A stretch of DNA of 64,000 bases from Zygnema circumcarinatum SAG 698-1b (taxonomy: Eukaryota; Plantae; Zygnematophyceae), in assembly GCA_037447605.1 (NCBI GenBank), contig CM074807.1, positions 1,612,001 to 1,676,000 of the forward strand. The letters run 5' to 3'. The position numbers were made by a program, and so were the translations under genes. The notes below the pieces were generated by a model, which was not told the DNA's origin, did not search any database, and saw only the letters and a program-made list of their open reading frames with translations. Shown here piece by piece: positions 50,077 to 61,911 of the stretch. Positions within the stretch are counted from its first letter, which is position 1. Every line of letters starts with the position of its first letter.

Positions 50077-52000
50077 ATGGCTGCTGCCTTCATCACGTCC
50101 GCGGGCCTCTTTCTGCCTGAGAAGACATGCGGAGGATGGCAATGCTCTGCGGCAGCCTCTGGAGAGCAGTGTGTAGGATTTTTAGGGTTTGGCAGAAAGC
50201 ATCTAAGGGTGCGTTGCAGGAGTGGAAAAGCTTGGCAAGGAAATGGCCATTACATCTGCAAACTCAGGCAAGTTAGGAGGAGGACCGCAGCAGCAGCAGC
50301 AGCCATGGTGGAAAGTACAGGCGAGGAACAAACGAAGGAGGAATCGAGGGGCTTTGTGAAGTCCAAGCTGGCAGTGTTCGTCTCAGGAGGAGGCTCCAAT
50401 TTCAGAGCAATCCATCAGTCCATTACGGAGGGAACAATTTATGGCCAAATAGTTGCGGTTGTTAGTGATCGACCAGGTGCGAGTCTCTCCTTCTCCCTCC
50501 CCTCTTTGCGTCCCTTTCCGCTCCCTCTTGCTCTGTTCTTCTCCTTCGTGTCCTCTCTCCTCTGTTCCCCACCCAGCTGGAGAAGAGTTGCTTGGGACAA
50601 GAGTTCAAGAACGATAGCCGCTTGAAAGCTGCCCTTTGTCTCCCGCTGAGCCTGTAACGGCCCAGGCTGTTCACACTGCCCGCCTTATAGCTTTTGCGCG
50701 GGTGCCATGCCATGCCATGGCTGGATCTCAACCCCATTGCAAATCGAGTGAAAGAGGGACTATTCTGTGTGGAGAAGCAGACTGCGGAGGTTGCACATAC
50801 GCGCGAGAACACGGCATTCCGGTGCTTTCTTTCCCAGCTGGGAAATTTGCTCCAGAGGGGCTGTCGCCAGAGGAGCTCGTCGAGTGCCTCAGGTCAGAAG
50901 TGATGCTTGAGTTTGACTTGGCGTAGGAATTTCAGCGTGGGTGTAGCATTTCTCATATTAAATTCGCGAGTTTTCGTGGATACATGCTTTTGAAAGAGAA
51001 ACGGAAATATTAGCCCTGAGGGCTTCTGCGCTGCTTCCGTTTCTTCTGTCTTTCCTTCCTTTCTTTATCATTGTCACGTCCTTCTACTCTCAACCTGTCG
51101 TCCTCGTTCTCTCCCTCACCCCACTTCCCTCTATCTCTCTCCCGTCTCTCTCTTACTTTCTCTCCCTAGTCACTTCCCGCCGCTCTGGTCACACCAACAC
51201 TCACTATGAGCTTTGGGCAGGCAGTTTGAAGTGGAGTATGTGGTGCTGGCCGGCTATTTGAAGCTGCTTCCACCGGAGCTTATAGCGTCGTACCCACGCG
51301 CAATTCTAAATATTCACCCGGCACTCCTGCCCGCCTTTGGAGGGAAGGGATATTTTGGAATGAATGTGCACAATGCAGTCGTTAAATCAGGTGCCAGGTG
51401 GCTGCCTTTCCCCCTCTCTCATTTTTTCTGTAAAGCAGACATTCATTTTGAGTACCTCTCTTAAAAAGGAAAAAATAATTCTATTGATTTTGAAACCAAA
51501 GAACTGAGCCAAGAATAGGTGTTCTACTCATTTCCTACTTGGGTTTCTTAACTACTAGACCCCTTGCATTCAATGGTGTGCAGATTCTCAGGCCCGACGG
51601 TGCATTTTGTCGATGAAAAGTATGACCACGGACCGATTATTGCGCAGAGAATAGTCCCGGTCGAACCTTTCGACACACCAAAAGATGTGCAAATGCGAGT
51701 GCTGGCCGAGGTATGATTCCCGTTTTTTATGCGCATTTCTTGCTTGATAAAACAGTACGATGACAAGTTTTGCAGCTTCGTACCTGTTGTTGGTGAATAT
51801 TAAATTCGAGAGTATTCTGCTGGTATTGTACCAATTCTTGCATTTAGAGCTTATGCATCCAATATCTTAGCATGCGATTGGTGCAGGAACACGAGCTGTA
51901 CAGTTTTGTGCTCGCTGCATTATGTGAAGGCCGTATCACTTGGCGGGATGATGGAGTGCCCCTCATTCGCAAATCGTGGAATGACGGTGAATACCTTTGA
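50077..52000 (+). CDS. PUR3: Phosphoribosylglycinamide formyltransferase, plastid-type presequence
   Basis: Exons 50077-50476, 50781-50892, 51221-51397, 51584-51710 and 51887-52000. LAVFVSGGGSNF, VVLAGYLKL, ILNIHPALLPAFGGKGYFG, SGPTVHFVDEKYDHGPIIAQ and EHELY motifs. Confidence 0.95.
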
Positions 52001-52008
52001 GAGAAGAA

Positions 52009-52114
52009 AAGGCGGACCGTAGAGGCGGAGAGGCGGTCTCCTCGCTGCTGCGAGGAGACGGAAGGCGGACCGTAGAGGCGGAGAGGCGGTCTCCTCGCTG
52101 CTGCGAGGAGACGG
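52009..52114. repeat. Two tandem 53-bp copies, each containing a perfect 10-bp hairpin
   Basis: Unit AAGGCGGACCGTAGAGGCGGAGAGGCGGTCTCCTCGCTGCTGCGAGGAGACGG at 52009 and 52062; stem GTCTCCTCGC/GCGAGGAGAC, loop TGCT. Confidence 0.9.
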
Positions 52115-53058
52115 AGAGGGAGACAGAGGAAACGATTTCTTCAATGTGAGAGTGAACGGAGAGAGAGTGGAAGTGGGAGACTGAGCGGAAGGCAGAGAAG
52201 GGAGAAGGGGGAAGGAGTGGTGTGAGAAGTGATAGGGAGAAAGGAGAAAAAGGAAAGGGGACATGGAGATGGAAGGAGAGAGAAAACGATGGGAAAAAGG
52301 TATGGATAGTCGAGGGGAACATGGGGAGCAGGGAGCGGAGGAAAGGAGAGGCGGAGGAAGGGAGGAACTGAGTGAGAGGGAGACAGGGGTGGAGAAGAAA
52401 GACGAAGGAAATGGATTCGGAAGTGTCAGAGAGCACCTCCCCACGGTCCTGACGGTCCCAAATTTTGGAAAAGGCTTTGGAATAATGCTCGCAAACAGGA
52501 GAGAGCCAGTTGCTAGAGAATGACTGCAATCAGGTCCAAACCTGAGCTCTTTTTCTACGGGCTTTTAGGAATAAGGTCTTTTAACGCCCTTATTTGCTCC
52601 ATTTGTAAGCCTTCACAATAAGCGACTCTCAATTGTGGCTCGCGAGTCCTGAAGCTCTTTTTCCATGTCCGCATGAGATACCTCGTCTAGTTGGCGCTTA
52701 CCACGTAAGGCTTTTGACTTTTGTCGGATACCTTCTTGCGCATGAAATGGATTGATGCAAAAACAAGCCCGCAAGCTGACTCCCTTTCCACTTTCCACAC
52801 TTTGTCTCAGATAGTTAAGAAAAGGGGCTTTGGACGATTGGCAACACATGGAATGGGGTTGATGGTACAGATCTTGCCAATCAGGGCTGCAAGAACAGCT
52901 CACAATGTTGCCTGAACATTGAAGTTCCAGCGTTCCAAAGGATGAATTTATTCAAAGACAGTTGAAAAAAATAAGTTTAGGCAGAAAACAAGTCAAAGAA
53001 GGCCTAATCTGAGGAGTAATAAATTACTACTTTGACTTCATCTGTGAGTTCTCCAAAC

Positions 53059-54750
53059 TCACGCTATACGTTGTTGCTTGGAGAGCACAATTGCCTGCAC
53101 AGAAAAACAACACACTAACTTTCAGCATGTGACTCTGCTCCTGGAAGCCATGACTGCCCCTCACTGCTCCTCTTCTACCTCCTTCCGAATTCTTCGGACA
53201 TCCTACTCAAACACATTGCATAAAAGCTGATCCAGCTGCTTCCAGTGAATGAAGAGACTCGCAGAGACTGAAAATGGTGTCTTATTTAACACTGTATAGT
53301 GCACAGGCGAAAGCAGCTGTTTCCTCGCATGCAGATAGCAGATACATCAGCCGAAATTTTACCTCGAGCTCTCCTGATGGCCCATATTGGCAAGAGGATA
53401 CGATTGCTTCATCTGGTGTTTGAAGCCACCCGACTTCAACAGAATATCCTCCATTTGAGCGACTTGTCATTTGCGACCACAACCCCAAGGGCAGTAGCAG
53501 CAGCCCGTCATCATGCAATCGCCGTTCCAGCTCTGCAGTTCCATCGTCTGCAAGCTCTCCCACAGCACCAAAGGAGCCCAATGGCCCATTCTTGCTGCCC
53601 TACACACACCAATAAAAATTCAAACAAGTGAGGGCTTGTTGAATTCCAGTGTGACACAGAAGTGCTTCGCATTCCTGCCTCTGAAAAAAAACTCTATTGA
53701 TTAGCTTACCTTGCAAATAAGAGCGAAATTCTGTGCTCTCCACTTGCCTTCCGCTGCTTCTTTATTCAATCGAGGGCCCTCCGCAAATGATGAGTCATTT
53801 GAGCTGCAGCCACCGAGAGATTCCCCATTTCTGAAACCTCCTTCCCAGTTCTCCTTGTAGATGCTGAGGCTTCGAAGGATAGGGGCTCCAGTATCCGCGG
53901 CCCCTTTCTCAAACTGTTGCAGGACTCTTACCCTTGTCGCCTTCCTCGCGCCTGCTTTGTCTTGCCCTTCCTCCTTCACCAAGCAGTATTCCAACTCCCA
54001 GCGAGGGGAGTTCTCAGCCACAACTCTCCTCACAACTTTGGAAGCTGACGACGTAGAGGCTGCTGCAGACAAGACTCCACTTCCTGGCCATGCCACCGTA
54101 TATGATCCTTCCCTATGGAAAGCCAAAACACCTGCACGTGCAGCTGCAGAGTCTATGCCTGACTGATCTATTGCAGAGCATTCCCCCCCTTCCAAAACAC
54201 GACCTCCACTCTCCTTCTCTTCCACACTGTATTGTGTGGCTGCGTCAGCTTCGCATCCGACTGTTGGAAGCAGACGTATTGTTTTGGAATAAAGTTTCAG
54301 ATCAGGACGAGCCAATGTTGGTGCCTGTGACTGCCAAGCCCTAATCTCTACACCCCAATCCTTCATAGCCTGAGGCACCACAGAGTCTGGAAGCTCCTGC
54401 GCACTGCCTGTGCGATCAAAGTCTGAGCCATAGCCGTCCCACTCTCCTGAGACACAGCATGCAAACTCATTCCACGGCAAGCCAATATCAGGCACTGCGC
54501 TACTCACTGCAGTCTCCCCTGCTGTTTCCACAAGGGAGGACTTATAAACAAAGCCATTTTCCTTCTTCAAATATTGTGAGTGTCTATCAAGGAAAGATAA
54601 GCTCTGGAACGTGGACAAGCAGCTTGAGCCCAGGCTGCTGCCTGAAAAAGAGCTGCGGAGAAAGCAGCGGACTGCAGGCGAGCTGCCTGCAGTAAAACCG
54701 GGCGGAGGTGCTCGGAGGGCCAGAAGGCTATGGCTTTCCATCAGCGCCAT
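53059..54750 (-). CDS. Uncharacterised plastid-type protein (AT4G38225-like)
   Basis: Exons 54750-53710, 53599-53363 and 53094-53059 in phase. Ser-rich transit-like N-terminus; SGEWDGYGSDF..PQAMKDWGVE..LLPTVGCEADAA..LLLPLGLWS..VEVGWL. Confidence 0.75.
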
Positions 54751-54978
54751 GGCTGCGCGCTGCTGGAGCACAACAGTCAGCACCCCTATCCTAGTCCGCA
54801 CCAGGAGACTCTCCTACTCTCCTTCACAGGGCGGGGCAGAAAGCGAAGCGTGGAAATGCTTTGTCGCAACAGGAGCTTCCTTCGAGCTGCGCTTCACTGC
54901 CGACAATGGGCACACTTGTAGGCAGCTGCATGCTCGCGCCTTGTTTTTTTTCATGGTTTTTAGGGTTGCGGTTCTCGT

Positions 54979-57909
54979 ATGGCGCTGCTGGGCAGGCTCC
55001 TGCGGTCACGACGGTGCTCTCGAGCACTGAGGAGCCCCCTTCTCTATGGCGGCTTCTCAGAAGCACCTTCTTCTCGCCGTGGGAGTCACAGCGAAGCTGG
55101 GAATGGGCGAGAAGCTCCTCTGTTTGAGGCGGATTGGAGCTTCTTGACTAGCAGAGGCCTCTCAGAGGTAGTGAGGGAGATGCTGGCGGACCTTATGGGA
55201 TTGCCTCCTTCACCGCCTGATGACACTAACCTGCACCTTCAAAATGGCAGGAGACGCTCTGCCATGGCGAATATTGAGGAGATTTATGCGCAGCAAAGGT
55301 TAAGAAGGGCGGGAGAGCAGGGATACTTGGTAAGGGGCCTCATTTGGGATGTTTCCGCACTCATGCAGAGCGGGAAAAGCCAGGCTTCTCAGCCGAGGGT
55401 CCATGAGGAGGCTGAGCAGGAATCCGAGTCCTTGAATCGCGAAGCTGCGGCTTTGAAGAGGGCTGAGCTAGCAATGCGAGACTGGGAGGCTTTTGTTGTT
55501 GGGGAACAAGACGAGAGTACGGTAGTGACATCAAATGCAGAGAAAGTGAAGATAGGGATGACATTAAGCGAGATTATGCCTGAGATAGAGCAGGATCCTG
55601 TGACTGGAGAGGCTCGCCGTACAACGCTTGGAAGGTCAAGCACGGAGGATGGAAAGCTACGGAGTTCTGTGGGAGAGGACCAGCACGTTGTTGCGAAAGC
55701 TCAAAAAAGCAAACAGCAAGAGCTGGAAGAAGCGATGGGAAGACAGGAAAGTGTGCGTGCGAAGTATATGGCAAAGATTATGGAGAAGAAATTGCTCGCA
55801 GATGTTCGTAGAGAACAGGGAAAGTTTTCCATTGGAGCTGCCAAAGGTCAAGGAGACTATGCCCGACCCCCCTCGGACTTAGGAAATCTTGCCAGAGAGA
55901 AGGGATGGGTGAGCATGCCAGGCGCATCAAACTTATTGCGTCACTTCAGGGTGAGAACTTTGACACTTTTTAGATGGCATGTATATGCTGAGGTTAACAC
56001 AAATGGAGCACAACTTGCGTAGAACCTTAGCCTTCTCTTGTTTTTGCAAGTTGACAGCGCTAGTAAGCATTCTTTCGAGGGTAGACTTTTAGTTATTTCG
56101 GTCTGGATCGTCACATCACAAGCAACAGAGCGCATTGGCACATTTTATTCCCAGAGTCAACTTCATTGTCTAGTGCAGAACTCATAAATTTGTAAGGTAC
56201 ACCTTATCGCTAGAAGAGTAATCGCTTCATCACCGATCCATTTCCGAGCACGTTTTGTAAATGTGAGCGCATAGGTTGTCCAGAAAAAGACTGATAGGAA
56301 GTCGCTATGTATTATCCCTTTTCATCGATTTGGTTGTCAAATTTTCACTGTATGAATTTGCTCGCTGGTGGCAGGAGCGAGGCCTTTTACAGGCCTTGTT
56401 AGAGCCGTTACAGCAAGATGATTTGACTTACCTTGAAGACCAACTCGGGAACTTTCCATTCAACTTTACTGCACACATTTCACGAGATCAGCCAGTCAGG
56501 TGAGAAGGTTCAGCCCTGGATAACCGTGGAAGGGCCAAATTGAGAGAGGGTAAATTTCAAGGCAAGATTATTGTCAACACGTTGATCTTTAGTTTGAAGA
56601 ATCCTGTTATGCGTGCCCTTATGCAGGCAGATATACCTGAGCTTTATCTTTCTATCTTGTTAGTGCAGAATCCCATTTTGCTTCCTCACTTCTTCTAGGG
56701 TCTTTTGCCATTGTGGGGTACCAGCCGCAAGCGGTTGGAGAGCATTTGCAGCAGTTGGGGACTGCAGTCAAAGCAGGTCATGCTGGTCAGTTGCTGCTTC
56801 CAACTCTGCGTCGGAGAAATTCCTGGTTTGTCAGCTTTCAAGCGTTGTTTAAACTTGGACAAGAGCAAAGCACTTGTTAGGTACGAGAGGGGAAAACAAA
56901 ATTGCTACAAATGTCTGGAGAGCGCAGTATGGAGTTAGGAATACAGCATTAAACATTTATAGCATGCAGCTCAGTACATATAGCATGTACTTAAGACTAT
57001 CCGAATGCGTATCTCCGTCATCGCGGTGCCTTCATTGTGACGGTCAAAAAGACTGCCATCCCTACCCCTTTTCCTTCCCTTGTTCTTGCAGCACTTTAAT
57101 CTACCTGTGCTCTTTCCCTAGAGAAATACCTACCTTAATATTGTAAATTATGCTGTGCGTTCCTTCAATTGTCGCCCACATTAGTCGTGCGGCGAGTCAA
57201 AGCCCGTCTCCTTTGATGCCCATTCTTTCGTAGGAGCAATTAAAAGGGGAGATAGCTCGGGGCCATCAGATAGCAAGGAAAGACACCTTCAAATGCTATT
57301 GAAGCTATTGTGTTGTGTTGTGAGCATTGTATTGGCGGGGCTCTGCAGGTGGTCGGTGCAGGACAGCCCAGCAAAGACATCCTGCGTGCAGCTCGCAGCT
57401 GCGGGTTTTTTGTCACCCGGATCAGTGATGCCCTTCCACTCAGTGGAGATGGGGAAGTAAAGAAGAGCAGTGGCGATGAAAGTAGTACTCCCCTCATGCT
57501 CAGCATGGCTAAGCCATCAGACGAAGAAAGCAGTCATCACATTCCAGGGGTCAACAGAAGCGTGCAGGTCTCTGGTGAAAACACGAGTATTGCGAGTAAG
57601 GAAGCGGTAGCTCCCCTTGGAAATGAGGTAGAGAAGGCGTCGCGAGGTAGCGGAGAGGAGAAGCCCAGAGGCGGGTTTGTGAGTTGGTACAAGAAGCTTG
57701 CAGAAGGAACCCTACATGTGGAGGAGCAGATGTTGGAGGCCCAACGAGATGCGGATGTTCATTTCAGGGTGGCAGACATGACAGAGCTGAAGTGGGTCAT
57801 TGAGGACCTGAATGGAGTGTCCTATCGGCGGAGTACTTTCGTTCGTGGTCAGGAAAGCAGCGGCCAATCGCCGGCCATTGTCATGCGCCAGATTGCGAGT
57901 CAGGCGTGA
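54979..57909 (+). CDS. HAD-superfamily-like protein with degenerate catalytic motifs and organellar presequence
   Basis: Exons 54979-55950, 56375-56499, 56725-56785 and 57349-57909. RGLIWDVSAL (motif I-like), MPGASNLLRHF, ICSSWGLQSKQVML-VVGAGQPSKDILRAARSCG (motif IV-like) and VADMTELKWV. Confidence 0.7.
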
Positions 57910-58678
57910 AGGCTTCCTGGGACTGTACAGTTGTTCATTCAATATGGAGTGACTCGCACTCGGCGCTCCTGATTCTTTTGTAAATTGGCGGTACACGATG
58001 TGGGGACATTTTAGACAGCAGTTTTGTACTCTGGTTAGGAGGCAACTCTATGACAATCAGCACCTTTTTTTGGCTTTGCTTGCGAAGGCATTGTAATCCC
58101 CTTTCAATCCTCTTTCTAAGTTCTCATTTGTCTTATTTGCAAAATTTTAAAATTCATGTGTTCTTCAAACCATTGAGGATATTCTGTCAATTCTCGACCA
58201 TGAGAGGAGTTAGGGTACCACCATATCTTAACCTAATTTGTCGCCTCTCAGACTTCAAGAAGCTGCTAAACAGAGCGCCTACGAATGTGCTCGCTCTCAA
58301 TTCTCGGAATTAAAATATCAAGTACAAAATTCACTCATTTTTTTTTCTCTCCCGACCTCGTCCTCGATTCGGTATCGTCAGCCTGCACTTGACTATGAAA
58401 GATTGAAAGGGTTCCTTTCATATTTTTATGTCCTGAACATGTATCTGAGTGAGCGACTGTCGCAGCATTACGTCATGCACCTCAATATCCTCATAATCAG
58501 TGTCGCTGTATCCATCAGAAAGCTTTTGCCCATGGCAGACTTGTTCGAGGCCCACTAACTTGTGCCCATTGTTGCGTGCGGTTATTTCCAGGTCCGAGCG
58601 GGCGCGGGCTGGGGCTACCTTTCTATGTTTTCAAGCCACAGTACCCCCCTTTCCGCACAGAAGTCTGTATGTCCTCAC

Positions 58679-58804
58679 CTATCAACACATTCATGGGTGT
58701 ACGAATTTCATGAGACATGGCAGCTTGAAATGTGCCCTTAGCTCGACTTGCAGTCTCAGCAGCCTTTCTGGCCATTTTCCTAAGTTGCAAGGAACACACA
58801 TATC
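58679..58804 (-). pseudogene. Isolated histidine-kinase HisKA (H-box) exon
   Basis: 126-nt phase-1/phase-1 exon (CAG|...|GTGAGG) encoding [36 protein letters not shown]. No flanking HATPase or receiver exons were found. Confidence 0.65.
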
Positions 58805-60073
58805 CTGGTTTAGCAAAAGCCACGCTAGATTAACCTGACCAGTCATAGTGAATCGATTTGCAAACCTTTAATGTACACACCAAGATCAGCTTAATGGCAG
58901 GCGAAGGTTCTGGATATCCACTGCAACTTGTGCATGCGACCACTCCATACAACCCCCGCCGTTCAGACAAGCCAACATGTAAAGACCTTCCGAAAAAAGA
59001 AAGTTGCGTTCAGGGTTTTCAAACGCCGAAAAAACAAAAGAGAAAAGCTACTCGCGCACAACCATTGAGCCAACCAATTCTCCATTCAGGGTTTGCCAAA
59101 GTAAAGAAATAAAGCTTGCAGTTTAACCGTAGGTGCACAGGGTGTTGGATCTTTACATCCAACAGGGTTTTTCCTTGACAACCGTCCCCCCTATTCAATT
59201 TTTTGAAGTTTGGGGGGGTGATGAGGGACGAACGATGAAAACGTCTTTTGCCACTCCATTCCATCACAAACCTAGTGCACCTTTGTTTTTCTTATGTCAG
59301 CATGTCTTTCCAAAGTGAACAAAAACAAACGAAACAAATCTCCCTGGCTTTCCTTTCGCTGGCTTTTTCAGTTGTGGCGGGAGCTGTGGCATGGTCGGTG
59401 GTTTTCCTTTCAGTGGTGCCTATATCACCACATTATTGTGCTTCAAAGTGCGCGCGTTGAGGTGCAGGTGATAGGTGCTTGCCGTGTTTTCTATGGATCA
59501 TGGATTGCCTGTTGTTAAACTGAGCCAGGTCAGGTCAGGTGTAAGGTGTACGGTGTACGGACTTTGCGTACGGTGGCGCGTAGAGCCCGTGCACGTTAGT
59601 TACAGTCTGTAGTACAGTTCCCCACTACAGCACGTAGAGGAGTACGAGGACAACGGTAGCGGTCATGTTGAGACCGCGACCGAATCACCCAAGGACGATT
59701 GTCCGTCATGTTCGTGCACAGTGGTTAGTGGTACATAGTTCATGGGAGCATGTTCAAGTTTGGGGGCTGCACATTGGAGGAGCGCGTGGCACACTCGGAT
59801 TGGTCGCGCCTCCATTCTCTGTTTTTCCCTGCCTTGTCCTTCCATCTCCACCCCACCTTTACTGTCTACCTCCCTGTCCCCTTCCTCCCCAACTCTCTTA
59901 TCTTGCTGCGTCTTGCCCTAACTTTTTTCTATTACTTCCCTTGCTGTTAGACCCCTTTGTGTCTCCTTCCCCCTCTTAGTATGTGACATCTTTGCATCGT
60001 GTGTTTATTGTTGCCTCGCCACTTCCTTCAGCCTACTTTGTTGTTGTCTCTCTCTTATACCCTATCCCCGACC

Positions 60074-60094
60074 CTCACTCTGACTCTCACTCTG

Positions 60095-60172
<78 letters not shown>

Positions 60173-60189
60173 TCATTCTCACTCTCACT
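60074..60189. repeat. (CTCACT)n hexamer microsatellite
   Basis: About 19 near-perfect copies; source of the HS/LT/RV shadow ORFs. Confidence 0.93.
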
Positions 60190-61371
60190 ATCCTCCTTGG
60201 TACAGGCTCTCACCCTCCTGTCCCTCTTGTTCATCCTCTTCCTCCCACCCCCGCCCTCTCTGTCTCCCCTTTGCCCACACGTCAATCGTTCTTCTTGTAA
60301 TATATTTTTTGTATTGTTGTTGTCTTAGTTGCACCTCCATTAGCTTGTTTCTCCCAAGTCTGGACGTTTTGGCTTTTGAGCACACGCAGTTGCGAGGGAT
60401 TCTACAATTGCACTGATAGTATCAAACAAGGAACATTTATTTAAGCAACCCTTCTTAGGAAATGTTGTTGTGATCAAAATTAACTAAACCAGATGTATGG
60501 TGTTTTTAAAGGTGAATGCATGTGTATATGCACAAAGACATTGCCACATCAAAATTGAATGTGTTCCGAATTGCAAATGCCTTCGTTCAAGGAAGAAAAA
60601 ACAGAAGTTAGAACGACACAAAGGCAGAGGTATCAATTGACAAAGAAGGTTTCTTAATGTACGCAGAGCAAGCCAAGCTGAACAGTGAGCCTCTGTTCCA
60701 CAAGCACTTTATCAGTCAGTCAGTCAATTTATCACCCATGGCCTTGTATTACGTTTCACATAAAGAATTCAGACCTCTCATATACACAGCAGGAATTAGG
60801 GGAAGACTACTTGATCACAAAGTGAGAGTCATGACGGGCCACATAGTTGTAATGAGTCTATATACCTTGTAGTTTACAATAATGCAAAAAATTGAAAATA
60901 GGGCAAAGGGTGAAGGACAATCACAGAAGGTGAACAGAAAAGATTGCTAGGCTCAGTAACTGGTAGGAACTAATACGAACAAAAAACCCGGTAATAAACT
61001 CTTGTTACAAAACAAGCTCAAACTGCAATTCTCCTGGCTCGGATGTCAGCTACTGCACAACTTCGCGTGAAACCTTACAATCCAAACCATTGTGGTTGGA
61101 AAAGTCCTCGTTCTCATCTCAACCTGCTCATGATGCTTCCAGTGCGTATATGCTTGCATCCTAAGTGAACTGACAGATCAACTTCTCCGCATGAATCCGG
61201 GCAGACTTGTGCCACCTCACATGTAGCCTTTCATCTCCAGGAAGAAAGGCTCTTTGGAGGAGCAATGCTCACCACTGCTCACGTCCGCTGTTGTCACTTG
61301 CTCACCGGTCGCCAAGGGGGGTCGCTCTGCTCGCTCCGCTCCAGGGATGGCTCAGGCGGCGGCGAGCGAGG

Positions 61372-61391
61372 AACCCTAAACCCTAAAACCC
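61372..61391 (-). promoter_or_regulatory. Telo-box (interstitial TTTAGGG repeats)
   Basis: AACCCTAAACCCTAAAACCC on the + strand, in a GC-rich promoter/5' UTR-like context. Confidence 0.7.
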
Positions 61392-61911
61392 GACCTGAGC
61401 TCGCAGCTGGCAGGCGGGCAGGCGGCGGGCGCGAGGCGCTGCGGCGGCCCGCGGTGTTCACCCGCGTGGCGACAACTCTAAGGGCGGGAGGGAGCGCGGC
61501 GGGGCGAAAAGGGGGGAGTCGAACATTCACATTGCCCGGAGGTGCAAAAGGCTGCTAAATTGCTCTGTTGAATTCGCAGCGCTCCAAAATTGCCGATCCT
61601 GCGCTGAGTACTAAATTCCCCCAGGATTTCCGACAGGCTTACTAAATTGATTCGGCCATGGTCAATGACTGACCCCCTATTGCTCATGTTGACATTGAAA
61701 CCGTGCGGCGGATGCAGATTGGCGGCCAAGTCCCTGAAACCACGCGCGTCCGAAGGCTCTCAGAAAGCGACCAGCTAGGAGTCCCGAGTCACGCTAACGT
61801 CACGAGACGCTACGTGGCGTCATCCGAGAATCCTATTGGCCAAAACATACGTAGACCAGTGACGTCATCGACCGCCAGTCGCCTCCAATGCTCACGTCGC
61901 CGGGGCCATCC

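Noticed and set aside
52009-52114. CRISPR-like palindromic repeat or Helitron 3' end
   Set aside because: Only two abutting copies with no unique spacer, a eukaryotic context and no CTRR terminus after the hairpin.
59983-60328. HS/LT/RV repeat ORFs (His-rich 'metal-binding' look-alike)
   Set aside because: They are a product of the (CTCACT)n microsatellite.
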